64,000 bases of DNA from Octopus vulgaris (GCA_951406725.2 OX597815.1:128092001-128156000), one strand, 5' to 3'; positions 50,532-62,856 are shown, numbered from the stretch's first letter. The notes: a model not told the origin generated them from the letters alone. A program made the numbers and translations.

Positions 50532-50812
50532 ATATATAATTGAAAAAATTGGAGTCAGTAAGAAGTGGTATGGTTGGACATTTATTTTTTAATCACTACA
50601 ATTGTTTCCATGCAACATAGTTCTCTAGGTGTGCAGGTACTTCATTGTGCAACTGTTTCCCTGCATTATGAGATCTAGTTGTGTTTCCTCAGGCAATATT
50701 AAAATATTGTCTCCATAAGTTTAAAATCTTTGGCTTCAAGAACATTGTGATTAAAAACTAAATGTCCAGCTGTAGCCACTTCTTGTTGACTCGTTTTTTT
50801 CAATTATATATA
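50532..50812. repeat. Diverged inverted repeat around a degenerate hammerhead (Penelope pLTR-like)
   Basis: Arms 50532-50597 and 50746-50812. Minus strand has CUGAGGA...GAAA-CAAUUG-UA at 50592-50697. Confidence 0.6.
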
Positions 50813-51124
50813 TATTTATATCATCATCATCATCATCATCATCGATTAACATCTGTTTTCCATGCTGGCATGGGTTGGTATGAGGTCTGGAGAGCCAGTG
50901 GCTGCACATGGCTGCAATCTGATCTATCAAAGTTTACACAGCTGGATGCCCTTCCTAATGCCAACCACTAAGAGAGTGTATTGGGTGCTTTTTATGTGCC
51001 ACCGGCACAGGAGCCAGTCTGGGGATACTGGCATCAGCCATGATTGGCTGGTGCTCTTTACACGCCACCCGCATGGGAGTCAGTCAGGCAGAACTATATT
51101 GATATATATATATATTATATACCT

Positions 51125-51157
<33 letters not shown>

Positions 51158-51204
51158 CATATATACTTATTCATAAAATATATATATATATATAAATAAG
51201 TTTG

Positions 51205-51245
<41 letters not shown>

Positions 51246-51331
51246 TTATATATATATATGTAGCTATATAATATATATTCATGCACACACACACACATAC
51301 ACACACACATATATATATTATGTATAGATAA

Positions 51332-51385
<54 letters not shown>

Positions 51386-51422
51386 AGGTATATAATATAT
51401 ATTCATGCACACTCACATACAC

Positions 51423-51467
<45 letters not shown>

Positions 51468-52528
51468 AATATATACATATATCAGTCACCATACTTGATT
51501 GCAAAATCTACACGTTTTTTTATTCTCTCTGTTTATTTTCTCTTATTCCTTTCTGTTAAAGAGCGTAGGCTTGAAACATAAAACTTTCTCATTTTCCCAA
51601 ATGTCAAACTAATACATCTGCTTGTTGTTCATACACCTGCCTTCATCCTTCGTTTTTCTGTAAATTTCAACTGTGTGTGTGTGTGTAGCTATATATGTGT
51701 GCATGTGTATGTGTGTGTGTCCTTGTCTTGACATTGACTGACAGCTGTAAACAAGCATCACGCTGTAGTGTCCTACATTTCCAATTATCCATGAAAACAT
51801 GTTTAGCCATCGTGACATATTACCTGACTTGGGTACAGGAGGGCGGTTGGGTTGGCAAGAAGAAGGCAATCTAGCCAGAAAAAAATCTGCCTCTTCAAAT
51901 ATCATCATACCCATGTCAGCATGGAAAAGTAGACATTAAAATGATGATGACGATGACAGTGGTGGTGGGGGGGACGAATCACTTAATGAATAATTATGAA
52001 TATATGAATTTTTAGCACATTCCTGCACTTTGAAACTTGAATGGTATCCACTACAAGATTTTTACCCCTCGATGCTTCATCTGCATATAGTGATTTAATT
52101 CCATTTTGACAAAAGAAGGCTCTTGATTACATTTACAATACTACTTTGCTTTCAAATCTTTTTCTAGAAGATTCATGAATGCTTGAATTTGATAATTTAA
52201 TAAGTACAATTCAATTTAAAAGTATCATAGAAAATACTTTCCAGTTGTAATTACATGATAAATGCAGGCATACCTCGACTAACATTGGTCATTGGTTCCA
52301 AGATATGATGACAACTCAAAAAATTATGTAAGATGTATAAACATTTTAAAAACTTTATTAGCTTATATCAGTTTTAATAAATGGTTTGTACATATTTTCA
52401 CATGCATTTTTGATTTTTCACTTCAGTATTAGTTTTTAAATGTTTAATTTATGCTTTTAAATATGTTCACTGAGACCAATATAATGTTGAATAAATCAAC
52501 TGAAGTTGAGGCCTATTTTTTTCCATTA

Positions 52529-52926
52529 GGTGCAGGTGTGACTGTGTGGTAAGTAGCTTGCTTCCCAGTCACGTGCTTCCAGTTTCAGTGTCACTGTGTG
52601 GCACCTCGGACAGGTGCCTTCTTTAACCTTAGGCCAACCCAAAGCTTGTGAGGGGATTTGGTAGACAACAAATGAAAGAAGCCCATCATGTATATATGTA
52701 TATATATCTATCTATGTTATCTCACCACAACCTCACAATAACCGGTGCTGGTGTGTTTACATCCCTGTAACTTAGCAGGTTGGCAAAAGAGACCAATAGA
52801 ATAAGTACCAGACTTTAAAAAAATAAGTACCAGGGTCAATACATTCGACAAAAATTCTTCAAGGCGGTGCTCTAGCGTGGCCACAGTCTAATGGCTGAAA
52901 CCAATGAAAAAAAAGATAAAAGATAA
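52529..52926 (+). mobile_element. Full-length tRNA-derived SINE
   Basis: GGTGCAGGTGTGACTGTGTGGTAAGTAGCTTGCTTCCC head through AAAGATAAAAGAT tail. Confidence 0.85.
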
Positions 52927-53071
52927 ATTTCTTAAATAGAGAAAGTAAAGTCAAGAACGATATAACTCAAAACAGTGGAAGTTAAGGTACACTTATACAG
53001 TTGTTTGCAATACATTGTATTATGAATTATTTTAAAGCGTAACTTCTAAATGCAAAATTTGTTCTTTTCAG

Positions 53072-53150
53072 TCATCAAAGTTACAGCTGGAGTAATTGGT
53101 GGCATCATGATTTTGACTTTTATAGTAGTTGGCTACATAACTCACAAAAG
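53072..53150 (+). CDS. Host gene exon 7: transmembrane helix (VIKVTAGVIGGIMILTFIVVGYITHKR)
   Basis: ttcttttcag acceptor, AG|gtaagt donor, 79 nt, phase 1-2. Hydrophobic stretch followed by basic residues. Confidence 0.88.
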
Positions 53151-53407
53151 GTAAGTAAACTCAATTGCATATTAGAGTATCAAAGAATGTTTTTGAATTC
53201 AAATGAGAGGGTATCACAACATGTGAATTTAATTAAGCTAAATGACCGACACCATGTGATTGAGAGAGTGTTTTGAATTGTAATTCAATGTTTGATATTT
53301 TGCCAAAAAAAAATATAAGCAAAACAGAAGGCAGAAAGCCACAGCAATGCCTAATGAAGAGGTCATTGTCGTCATTGTCATCGCCATCGCTACTGCCGGT
53401 GTCATTG

Positions 53408-53444
<37 letters not shown>

Positions 53445-54099
53445 TATTCCATGCTGGTGTGGGTTAGATGGTTTGACAGGATCCAGTTTTAACAGCTGGA
53501 GGCCCTTCCTAATGCCATCCACTTTACTGAGTGTGCTTTATTTTTTTGTGGCACTCACACAAGTGATGATCATGCTGTAACTTGGAAGGCTGTGGCCTTA
53601 AGGTGGTTCCTATATATATATGTCAACTTAATATACAATTGCAAAATAGTTACTAATAGTTTCATGCTTTTATGACACTTTATATTGGCAGATTTATAAA
53701 ACACACTATATATATCAAGGCAATCTTTCAGATTTTACCAATTTAAAGTATTATAAAGGATGAACCTTTTAATAACTCTTTTGTAATTGTCAATTAAATT
53801 GATATTTATTTCTCACAGGATGGAGTATTTTCTTTTCATTGATTCCACTTACATCTCTCTCTATATATACATACATACATACATACATACATACATACAT
53901 ACATACATACATACATACATACATACATACATACATACATACATACATACATGTATATATATATATTTCGTTTTTGGATTTGGTTTGCAAGATTCTTTTT
54001 GTTAGTTCATGTGTTGAAATATATTCTATTGTGTCTGGGGAGACCCAAAAAGAAAATGACTCTCCCCAGACACAACAGTATATATATACATATATATAT

Positions 54100-54497
54100 A
54101 AGTAGAACTAGAGAAGAAGTTTCAGGTAAGGAAGCAAGGTTTAGAACTGAAGTGCTTTAGAGTTAACCTAGCAAAAACCATAGTCCTAATAAGTAGGAAA
54201 GTAGACAAATCACAAATCCTTTCAGGTGCATGGCTCTGCTTGATCTGTAGAAACAGCAGAGGTAGAAACTCCATAAGATGTACCCGGTGTAAGCTATGAA
54301 CACCCATGAGGTGCAGTAATATGAGAGGAAGGTTAACAGGGAAAATAGTTTTGGTATGTGGAAGGTTCATATGTATAATTAACACTAAAAATGTACAGAA
54401 AACGGGCTCCATCAAATATCAGTGGGGAAGAATAGAAGTAGCCAATAGCTTCCATTACCTAGATGACCAAGTCAGTAGTGGAGGTGGATGCTCCACT
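54100..54497 (+). mobile_element. RTE fragment with PHD-like finger
   Basis: LRVNLAKTIVL..PSGAWLCLICRNSRGRNSIRCTRCKL*TPMRC..EVANSFHYLDDQVSSGGGC. Confidence 0.8.
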
Positions 54498-54547
54498 ACA
54501 ACAGCTTTGGTTCTTTTTATCTCATTACACAAAACATTTTTATATAT

Positions 54548-54932
54548 ATCATCATCATCATCATCATCGTTTAACGTCCGTTCTCCATGCTAGCATGGGT
54601 TGGACAGTTCGACCGGGGATCTGGGAAGCCAGAAGGCTGCACCGGGCTCCAGTCTTATCTGGCAATGTTTCTACAGCTGGATGCCCTTCCTAACGCCAAC
54701 CACTCCGTGAGTGTAGTGGGTGCTTTTTACGTGCCACCTGCACAGGTGCCAGGCGAGGCTGGCAACGGCCACAGTCGGATTGGTGTATTTTATGTGCCAC
54801 CGGCACGGAAGCCAGTCAAGGCGGTGCTGGCATCGGCCACGAGTCGGTTAGTGCTTTTTACGTACCACCAGACCAGGGATCCTGGCTGGTTCAATTCGAT
54901 TTCAATTTCGCTTGCCCCAACATGTCTTCGCA
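54548..54932 (-). mobile_element. RTE-tail SINE-like element with tandem GTGCCGGTGGCAC hairpin units
   Basis: (CAT)n tail + GTTTAACGTCCG..CCATGCTAGCATGG..CTGGATGCCCTTCCTAACGCCAACCACTCC. Homologs at 24050, 40215, 45383, 50820, 57134, 58035 and 59089. Confidence 0.8.
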
Positions 54933-54969
<37 letters not shown>

Positions 54970-55140
54970 TATATTCTTTAATTCTTTTATTCTTTTACTC
55001 ATTTCAGTTATTTGACTGCAATGATGCTGGAGCACCACCTTGAAGGGTTTTAGTCAAACAGATTGACCCCAGGACATATTTCTTAAGCCTAGTACTTATT
55101 CTATCAGTCTCTTTTACAGAGCCACCAATTTACAGGGATG

Positions 55141-55233
<93 letters not shown>

Positions 55234-55547
55234 ATGCACGCACATGCATGTGTGTGTCTGTGTGTGCTAAGAAGCTTGCTTCCCAACAACATGGTTCTGG
55301 GTTCAGTTCCACTACATAGTACCTTAGGCAAGTGTATTCTACTACAGCCTCAGGTCAAACATTGCTTGACACCGATGTTAGTGTGGTTACACCTCTGTAA
55401 CTTAACAGTTCAGCAAAAGAGACCAATAGAATAAGTACTAGGCTTACAAAGTATAAGTCCTGGGGTCAATTTGTTTGACTAACGGTGTTGCTCCAGCATG
55501 GCTGCAGTCATATAACTGAAACAAGTAAAATAATATATACATATTAT

Positions 55548-55762
55548 TATGTCTGAGGAGAGTCATTCTCTTTTAATGCCTTATTACTTAACACAGGCAC
55601 CAGTTTGAGTTTCACTCATTTAGTTATTTTTTCTTTTCTAAAATTTTCATTGCATCTTGCAACCTTTTCAACGGTCATTGATGCTGTCCATTATCAGAGC
55701 TGCATACTTCTTGTTTGTTCGCTTGTACGCATGTGTATATATCAGTGTGCATGTTTATACAC

Positions 55763-55793
<31 letters not shown>

Positions 55794-57132
55794 TGTATGT
55801 ATGTATGTATGTATGTATGTATGTATGTATGTATGTGTATGTATGTATGTATGTATGTATGCATGTAAATATGTGTGTATGCATGTAATGTATGTATGTG
55901 TGTGTATGCATGTATGTGTGTGTGTATATATGTATGCATGTGTGTACATGTGTATGTAAATATGTATGTATAAATTCTGTTTATTGATGTGTTTGTGCGT
56001 TAATGTTTGTTTGTATGTATATGTGTGTGTATTTGCTTGTGTACCTTTGTCTCTTTGTTTGAATGTGTTTATGTGTATGGATTTGTGTGACTATGTACGT
56101 GTGTCTGTTATGTATGGATATGTCTTCATATGTGTCTTTGTGTATGTGTGTGTGTGAAGTGTGCAAGTATGTATATGGTCATGTGTTCCAATCTTCATTT
56201 CTGTATGTATGTGTGTGTGTGTGCTTGTCTGTCCGTATTGCCTATGTACCTATCTATTTATCTATCTGTAAACCTACAAATCCATTTACCTACACACACA
56301 CATATATATATATATATAATTCTACATAACAACCTACTAACAACACTACCTGAGTATATATAAACTGTGGGTATTGGTGTATGACTACCTTCTACGTATA
56401 TTTCCTATTTAGTACTGGAGATGTTTCATTTATGAGGACATACTCCAGTGTTTGTCTCAGTATGGAGAGTCCTCCATACTCTGCCAACATGCCAAAGACC
56501 AACATGGAGGTACACTGAGTCAACTTGACATCCGTATTTTATCCAAGCACCCGGAGGACCTAACACTCAGACAAACACAGGAGTATGTCATCATAAATGA
56601 AACATCCCCAGCTGTGGCAGACTGGATATAAAAGTATTGGTTGCTAGGAGACAAAGGGGGCCCACCCACAACTATAGTGCTATCATTATTTTCTTTATTT
56701 ATTTTTTTTATATATGTTTGTTAAAAGTATTCTTTTCAACTGTCTACAGACACAGCCAGGCTGAAATAATGCATTCTTCCAGGAGTGAATAAAAAATTTC
56801 CAAACTTGAGGAGATGGACCCATTACATACTAACATGGGCCCCCATATATGGATTTTAATGGCACAGGGGCCCATTTGCCATCAGGCAAGCTAACAACCT
56901 GGGCAGTCCAACACTGATCTCAAGTACTAAATAAGAAGTATACGTATAAGTAGGAAGTGGTCATACCCCAATACCCACAGTTTATATATACACAGAGTTG
57001 TTAGTAGGTGGATATGTAGACATGTGTGTGTGTGTGTGTGGAGGTAAATGGATATATAAGTAAACAGAAAGATAAATAGATAGATAGGTAAACATAGGTA
57101 ATACAGACAGACAAGCACACACACACACCACA

Positions 57133-57166
<34 letters not shown>

Positions 57167-58020
57167 GTTTAGCGTCCGTTTTCCATGCTAGCATGGGTTG
57201 GACGGTTCTACTGGGGTCTGTGAAGCCAGAAGGCTTCATCAGGCCCAGTCAAATCTGGCAGTGTTTCTACGGCTGGATGCCCTTCCTAACGCCAACCACT
57301 CCGTGAGTGTAGTGGGTGCTTTTTACGTGCCACCCGCACTGGTGCCAGACAGAGCTGGCAAACGGCCACGAACGGATGGTGCTTTTTATGTGCCACCGGC
57401 ACGAGGGCCAGGCGAGGCTGGCATACACAAATGAAAACTGAAAAACATGACCATATACACACATGCACACTTCCCATGCACACAAGGACACAAATGGAGA
57501 CACACATTCATACATAACAGATGTATGTACATGGTCACACAAACCCATACACATAGACACTCTCAAACATATACATACAAGGTGTTAGAAGTACACACAC
57601 AAATACATACACAAACACACAAACACATGAATATGCAGAATACATGCATACATACAAACGTAGACACATTCACACACACACAAATATGCATACACTCACA
57701 CATACATACATATATACATACATATATACATACATATGTGTATACACATGCACACTGATGTACACACATGTGCACAAACAAGCAAACAAGCAAAAAGAAC
57801 ACAGCTCTGATAACGGACAGAGTCAACGACTATTGAAAAGGTTGCAAGACACAACGAAGATTTTAGAAAAAATAAATAAATGAGTGGAAATCGAACTGGT
57901 AAATGTGTTAAATAATAAGGCATTAAAAGAGAATGGCTCTCCCCAGACACAATAAAATATGCTTCAGCACATGAGTTCACATCAACCATCTTGCAAACCA
58001 AATACAAAATACAAAATATA
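55548..58020. mobile_element. Penelope-like element remnant with inverted 5' duplication (GIY-YIG C-terminus + long 3' arm)
   Basis: 55548-56461 is the reverse complement of 56563-57955, ignoring insertions. 56461-56610 plus 56925 onward reads SSILCQHAKDQHGGTLSQLDIRILSKHPEDLTLRQTQEYVIINETSPVLNKK. Confidence 0.75.
56612..56916. mobile_element. hAT-like MITE with 8-bp TSD inserted in the GIY-YIG coding sequence
   Basis: TSD ATCCCCAG/ATCTCAAG; degenerate TIRs CTGTGGCAGACTGG / GCAGTCCAACACTG. Confidence 0.7.
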
Positions 58021-59088
58021 TATATGTGTGTATGTGTGTGTGTGTGTCGCCTTACTGACACATGAAAAACATTCGAACGAGGTCATTGCCAGTGCCGCTG
58101 GACTGGCTCCTGTGCAGGTGGCATGTAAAAAACACCATTTGAGCATGGCTGTTGCCAGTACTGCCAGACTGGCCCTCGTGCTGGTGGCACATAAAAGCAC
58201 CCACTATACTCTCGAAGTGGTTGACATTAGGAAGGGCATCCAGCTGTAGAAACTCTGCTAGATCAAGATTGAAGCCTGGCACAGCCATCTGGTTCGCCAG
58301 TCATCAGTCAAATCGTCCAACCCATGCCAGCATGGAAAACGGACGTTAAATGATGATGTGTGTATATACATACATACATGTATATCATCATCGCCATCAA
58401 CATTTAATGCCCATTTTCCATGCCAGTATGTGTTGGATGGCTTAACAGGAACTAGCAAGGCCAGGTGCCACATCAGGTTCCATAATTTGTTTTGTTTTGG
58501 CTTCTGCAGCTGGATGCCCTTCCTAATGCCAACTACTCTATGGTGTATACTAAGTGTTCTTTACATGGTATCACCAGTGCACTTTACATGCCACCAGTAC
58601 TAGTGCTTTTTATGTAAGACCAGCACCCACACCAATGCTTTTAACATGACACCTTCATTTTAGCATATGGCTGTTATGGTGGGTGGGTTTTCTTGAGTAC
58701 TGCAGGCTCACGCATGCTGGTTTCATGTAAAAACACCTGTACAAGTTCCGCATAAAAGTGCCTGTATCAGAACCATGTAAAAGATCTTGTGCTGGTGCCA
58801 TGTAAAAGTGTCAGTGCCAATGCTATGTAAAAATGTTCATGTAGATGTCACAAATGAAGTACCCAGACCACTCTGTAAAGTGGTTGGCATTAGAAAGGAC
58901 AGTCAGCCATAGAAACCATGTCAAAACAGACAAAATGGTGATGAAGGGCATCAAGCTGTAGAAACTCTGCCAGATCAGATTGGAGCCTGGTGCAGCCATC
59001 TAGTTCGCCAGTCCTCAATCAAATCGTCCAATCCATGCTAGCATGGAAAGCAGACATTAAACGATGATGACGATGATTATATATATAT

Positions 59089-59538
59089 CAAACCAAATCA
59101 AAATAGATGAACATCAATGGAATTTGTATCCTTGTGGTACCAGTGCCGGTGGCACATAAGAAAACCATCCGAACGGGACCGTAGCCAGTACCGCATCGAC
59201 TGGCCTCCGTGCTGTGGGCATGTAACAAACACCATCCGATCGTGGCCATTCGCCAGCCTCGTCTGGCACCTGTGTCGGTGGCACATAAGAAAACACCGAA
59301 AACACCATCCGAGCGTGGCCGTCTGCCAGCCTCGTCTGGCACCTGTGTCGGTGGCACATAAAATCACCCACTACACTCTCGGAGTGGTTGGCGTTAGGAA
59401 GGGCATCCAGCTGTAGAAACACTGCTAGATCTGACTGGCCTGGTGCAGCCTTCAGGCTTGCCAGACCCCAGTTGAACCGTCCAACCCATGCTAGCATGGA
59501 AAGCGGACGTTAAACGATGATGATGATGATGATGATGA
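59089..59538 (+). mobile_element. RTE-tail SINE-like element, young, with ~60-bp tandem units
   Basis: CpG-rich; repeated GGCACCTGTGTCGGTGGCACATAA; (GAT)n tail. Confidence 0.85.
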
Positions 59539-59557
59539 TATATATATATGTATGTAT

Positions 59558-59589
<32 letters not shown>

Positions 59590-59798
59590 CATCATCATTA
59601 TTGTTTAATGTCCATCTTCCATGCTAGCTTGGGTGGGATGGTTTCACAAGAGCCAGGCAGAAACCTGTGCCACACTTCTGTGACTGTTTTGGCAGAATTT
59701 TTATAGCTGGATGACTTTTGTAACACCAACCACTCAGTCGAATGGAGTTAGTGCCTTTTACTTGGCACAAGCACAGGCAATACATACATGCATGCATG

Positions 59799-59833
<35 letters not shown>

Positions 59834-59989
59834 ACATACATACATGGTGGCTGCCCCCTCGTTATCAAGTATGGCCATTGCACAAAGCTTAATCAATGTT
59901 GTTATCATGCAATGCCTGTGCAAGAAGTTTTTTTTTAAAGTGAGGAAAGGCTGTGCACTGAGCCAATCCCACTCACTAAGCAACAGCAG

Positions 59990-60396
59990 CCATAATCCGA
60001 AAAGAAGAACAAGTCAACATCATCGGTAACCACTGAGCTGCAGGTTTTATGTCAGAGTTATCCCAGTTACCTTCTGAGTTACCTTCTCCTAGAAGGATGC
60101 CCTAACAAAGGCTAGGAGTCCTTCACTCCCAATGGTTTAACCACGCGATCGGGTATTCAGTCCGATTATTTCTATGTCCCCACGCATGATACATCCTTAA
60201 GACATTTATTGGATGGCCGTTGACTCTCAAGAGTTAATCCGCCCTTTGACGGGTTTTGTTTTACATCACGCAGGGTGTCCAATAAACACCCTCCTCACCA
60301 AGCAAGCTTGGTGGGGTTGCCAGTTTAGTCGTCGATGACCCAACCATGCAACAGGTTGTACTGGGTTACATGTTACCAGTAGCACTTGAAAGTGAC
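59990..60396 (-). mobile_element. 5' UTR fragment of an RTE-like LINE with a candidate HDV-like ribozyme
   Basis: Minus strand has GGCATCCTTCTAGGAGAAGGTAACTC..AAACC (RTE 5' UTR-like as I recall it), preceded by CCAGU..ACCU..CAUGGUU-GG-GUC..GAC-GA-CUAA-ACUGG. Confidence 0.55.
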
Positions 60397-60429
60397 ACAT
60401 ACATACATACATGCATCAACATCATCATA

Positions 60430-61956
60430 TAGTGTCTGCTTTCCATGCTGGCATGGGTCAACGGTTTGACTGAAACTGATAAGCTGAAGAGCTACACCAG
60501 GTTTCAATCTGATTTGGCTTGGTTTCTATGGTTGGATGCCCTTCCTAATGCTAACCACTCCAAGAGTGTAATGAGTGCTTTTTACATGCCATCGGCATGG
60601 GTAGCAGTTACACCAGCATCAGAAGTTTTCTCAAGCACTGCATGTTGCCAAAGGTTTTGGTCACTTATCACCTCTGTGAGGCCCAACATTCGATGGGTGT
60701 GTTTTATGTGCCACCAACATGGGTGCCTGCTACATGACACTATTATCATTCACGATTACGGTTTCACTTGGTTTGACAAAGTTTTCACAAGCACAGCATA
60801 TCACCAAAGGTCTCAGTCACTTATCACTTCTTTGAGATCCAATGTTCAAAGATTATGTTTCACCACTTTGTCCCATGTTTTTCTGGGTCTATCTCTTCCA
60901 CAGGTTCCCTCCACAGTTAGAGATTAACACTTTTTTACTCAGCTGTCTTCGTTCATATGCATCACATGACCATACCAGCGCAGTCATCTCTCTTGTGCAC
61001 TAAATCTGCTGCCTCTTATACACAGCTTTTCTCTCAAGACAGTTACACTCTGCCATACATGCACACTTACATTGCACATCCAGCAATGCATACTAGCTAT
61101 ATTTCTTTCAAGCTTACACATGTCCTCAGTGGTCACAGCCCATGTTTCACTGCTATGTAACATGGCTGTTCATATACAGGCATCATACAGTCTACCTTTC
61201 ACTCTGAGAGATAGGCCCTTTGCTACCAACAGGGGTAGAAGTTCTTGTGTACATAGCTTACACCAGGTACACCTTATGGAGTTTCTACCTATACGTTTTC
61301 TACAGATCAAGCAGGGCCATCTACATGAGGGGATTTGTGATTTGTCTGCTCTCTTACTTAGTAAGACTTTGGTTTTTGCTAGATTAATTCTAAGGCCCTT
61401 CTATTCTAGACGTTGCTTCCACACCAGCAATTTTTTCTCTAGTTCTGGTAGTGATTCAGCTATAAGAACAAGGTCATCAGCATAGAGAAGCTCCCAGGGG
61501 AAGCCTGTCTTAAATTTCTGTTATTGCCAGGAGAATTATGATGAACAAGAGGGGCTGAGGACTGATCTTTGAACTCCTACTTGTACCCTGAATTCATCGC
61601 TATACTCATTGCCAACCCTCACCTTACTGACAGCATCTCTGTACATGGCTTGTAAAGCTCTCACCAACCACTCATCAATGCCTAGTTTCTGCATTGGCCA
61701 CTGGATAAGACAGCAGGGGACCCTGTCAAAGACTTTCTCCATGTCAGCAAAAGCTAAGTACAGAGGTTTATCTTTGACTAGGTATTTCTCCTGCAGCTGC
61801 CTAACCAGAAATATAGCATCAGTGATGCTTCTCCTTGGCACTTAACCAAACTGCATCTAATCTAGACCAACTCTCTTACTAACTAGTTGGGTTTGGACCC
61901 TCTCTGCAACTTTCAGCACCTGATCCAACAATTTGATACTGCCATAGTTATTTCTA
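60430..61956 (-). mobile_element. RTE LINE, RT through 3' UTR, degenerate
   Basis: NYGSIKLLDQVLKV, TDAIFLVRQLQEKYL..AFADMEKVFDRVP, ELLYADDLVLIAES, PHD-like WPCLICRKRIGRNSIRCTWCKL. Confidence 0.9.
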
Positions 61957-62599
61957 CGCACACACACACCACCACCACCACCATCATCATCATCATTTAA
62001 TGTTCATTTTCTGTGATGGCATATACATATGTGTATGTTACTGTTACTTTGTCTTAACATTATATGATAGTTGTACATCAATGTCACCATCGTGCAAGCA
62101 GAGTCCTTTGTTTCCAATCTTCCATGAAAACATGCTTGGTTATGGGGAAATATTACCTTACTTGGAAACAAGTGAGGATTGGCAACAGGAAGGGCAGCCA
62201 ACTATAGAAAATCTGCCTCAACAAAGTCTGTCTGACCCATGCAAGCTTGGGAAAGCAGGCATTAGAATGAATGAATGAATGAATGATGATGATGCTGCTG
62301 TTGTCATGTACCCTAAGGCCATCTCTGATCAAACAGACCTTTAGGTCAAAAGTATTCCACCCATGATCATTCCATCTATTTCATGTATGCAAAGAACTGA
62401 GATCTATATTAACCAACATGTTTTTTCCTAAGATGGTGGGGCTGTAATTTGAGTATGATTTCTAGCAAGATGAGGAACCAGGTAGAAACTCCCACATAAT
62501 GGTAGTGTAGGTGATGGTGGTGTTGGTGACGGTGGTGGTGTGGCTGTTGTTGCTGCAAATGTAATCTTTAATCACAAATTACATTATTTTTCATTGTAG

Positions 62600-62687
62600 G
62601 GTTACCAACTTTTTCATAAAAGAGAAACAAGAAAAGAAAAAGAAGGATAAAGAAGCTAAATATGATGAAAGAATGGGTAATGTATAA
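62600..62687 (+). CDS. Host gene probable last coding exon: basic cytoplasmic tail (RVTNFFIKEKQEKKKKDKEAKYDERMGNV*)
   Basis: tttttcattgtag acceptor, phase 2 matches exon 7. Joined CDS is 1212 nt (403 aa + stop). Confidence 0.65.
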
Positions 62688-62850
62688 GAATGATGAGGAG
62701 AATATCAAAGAAAGAAAAGCAGAAAATTGGTCACCATGATACCAAAAAGCCAATCCACTGCACTACTTCTTTCAATTTAATGACAGTCCACTTTATAGTA
62801 CAAGTTAAACAAAGTGATTAAAAACTCCCTTTAACATTAACCCTTTTGAT

Positions 62851-62856
62851 AATAAA
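62851..62856 (+). promoter_or_regulatory. Candidate polyadenylation signal AATAAA
   Basis: About 165 nt after the predicted stop. ATTAAA also at about 62817. Lies just inside a TTAACCCTTT MITE-like terminus. Confidence 0.3.

Noticed and set aside
51549-51584. Sense-strand hammerhead-like relic (CTGTTAAAGAGCGTAGGCTTGAAACATA)
   Set aside because: Core and stem III are mutated; not reportable as a ribozyme.
59130-59390. Repeat-spacer pattern resembling a CRISPR array
   Set aside because: The spacers are homologous to each other, the context is a eukaryotic retroelement tail, and there are no cas genes.
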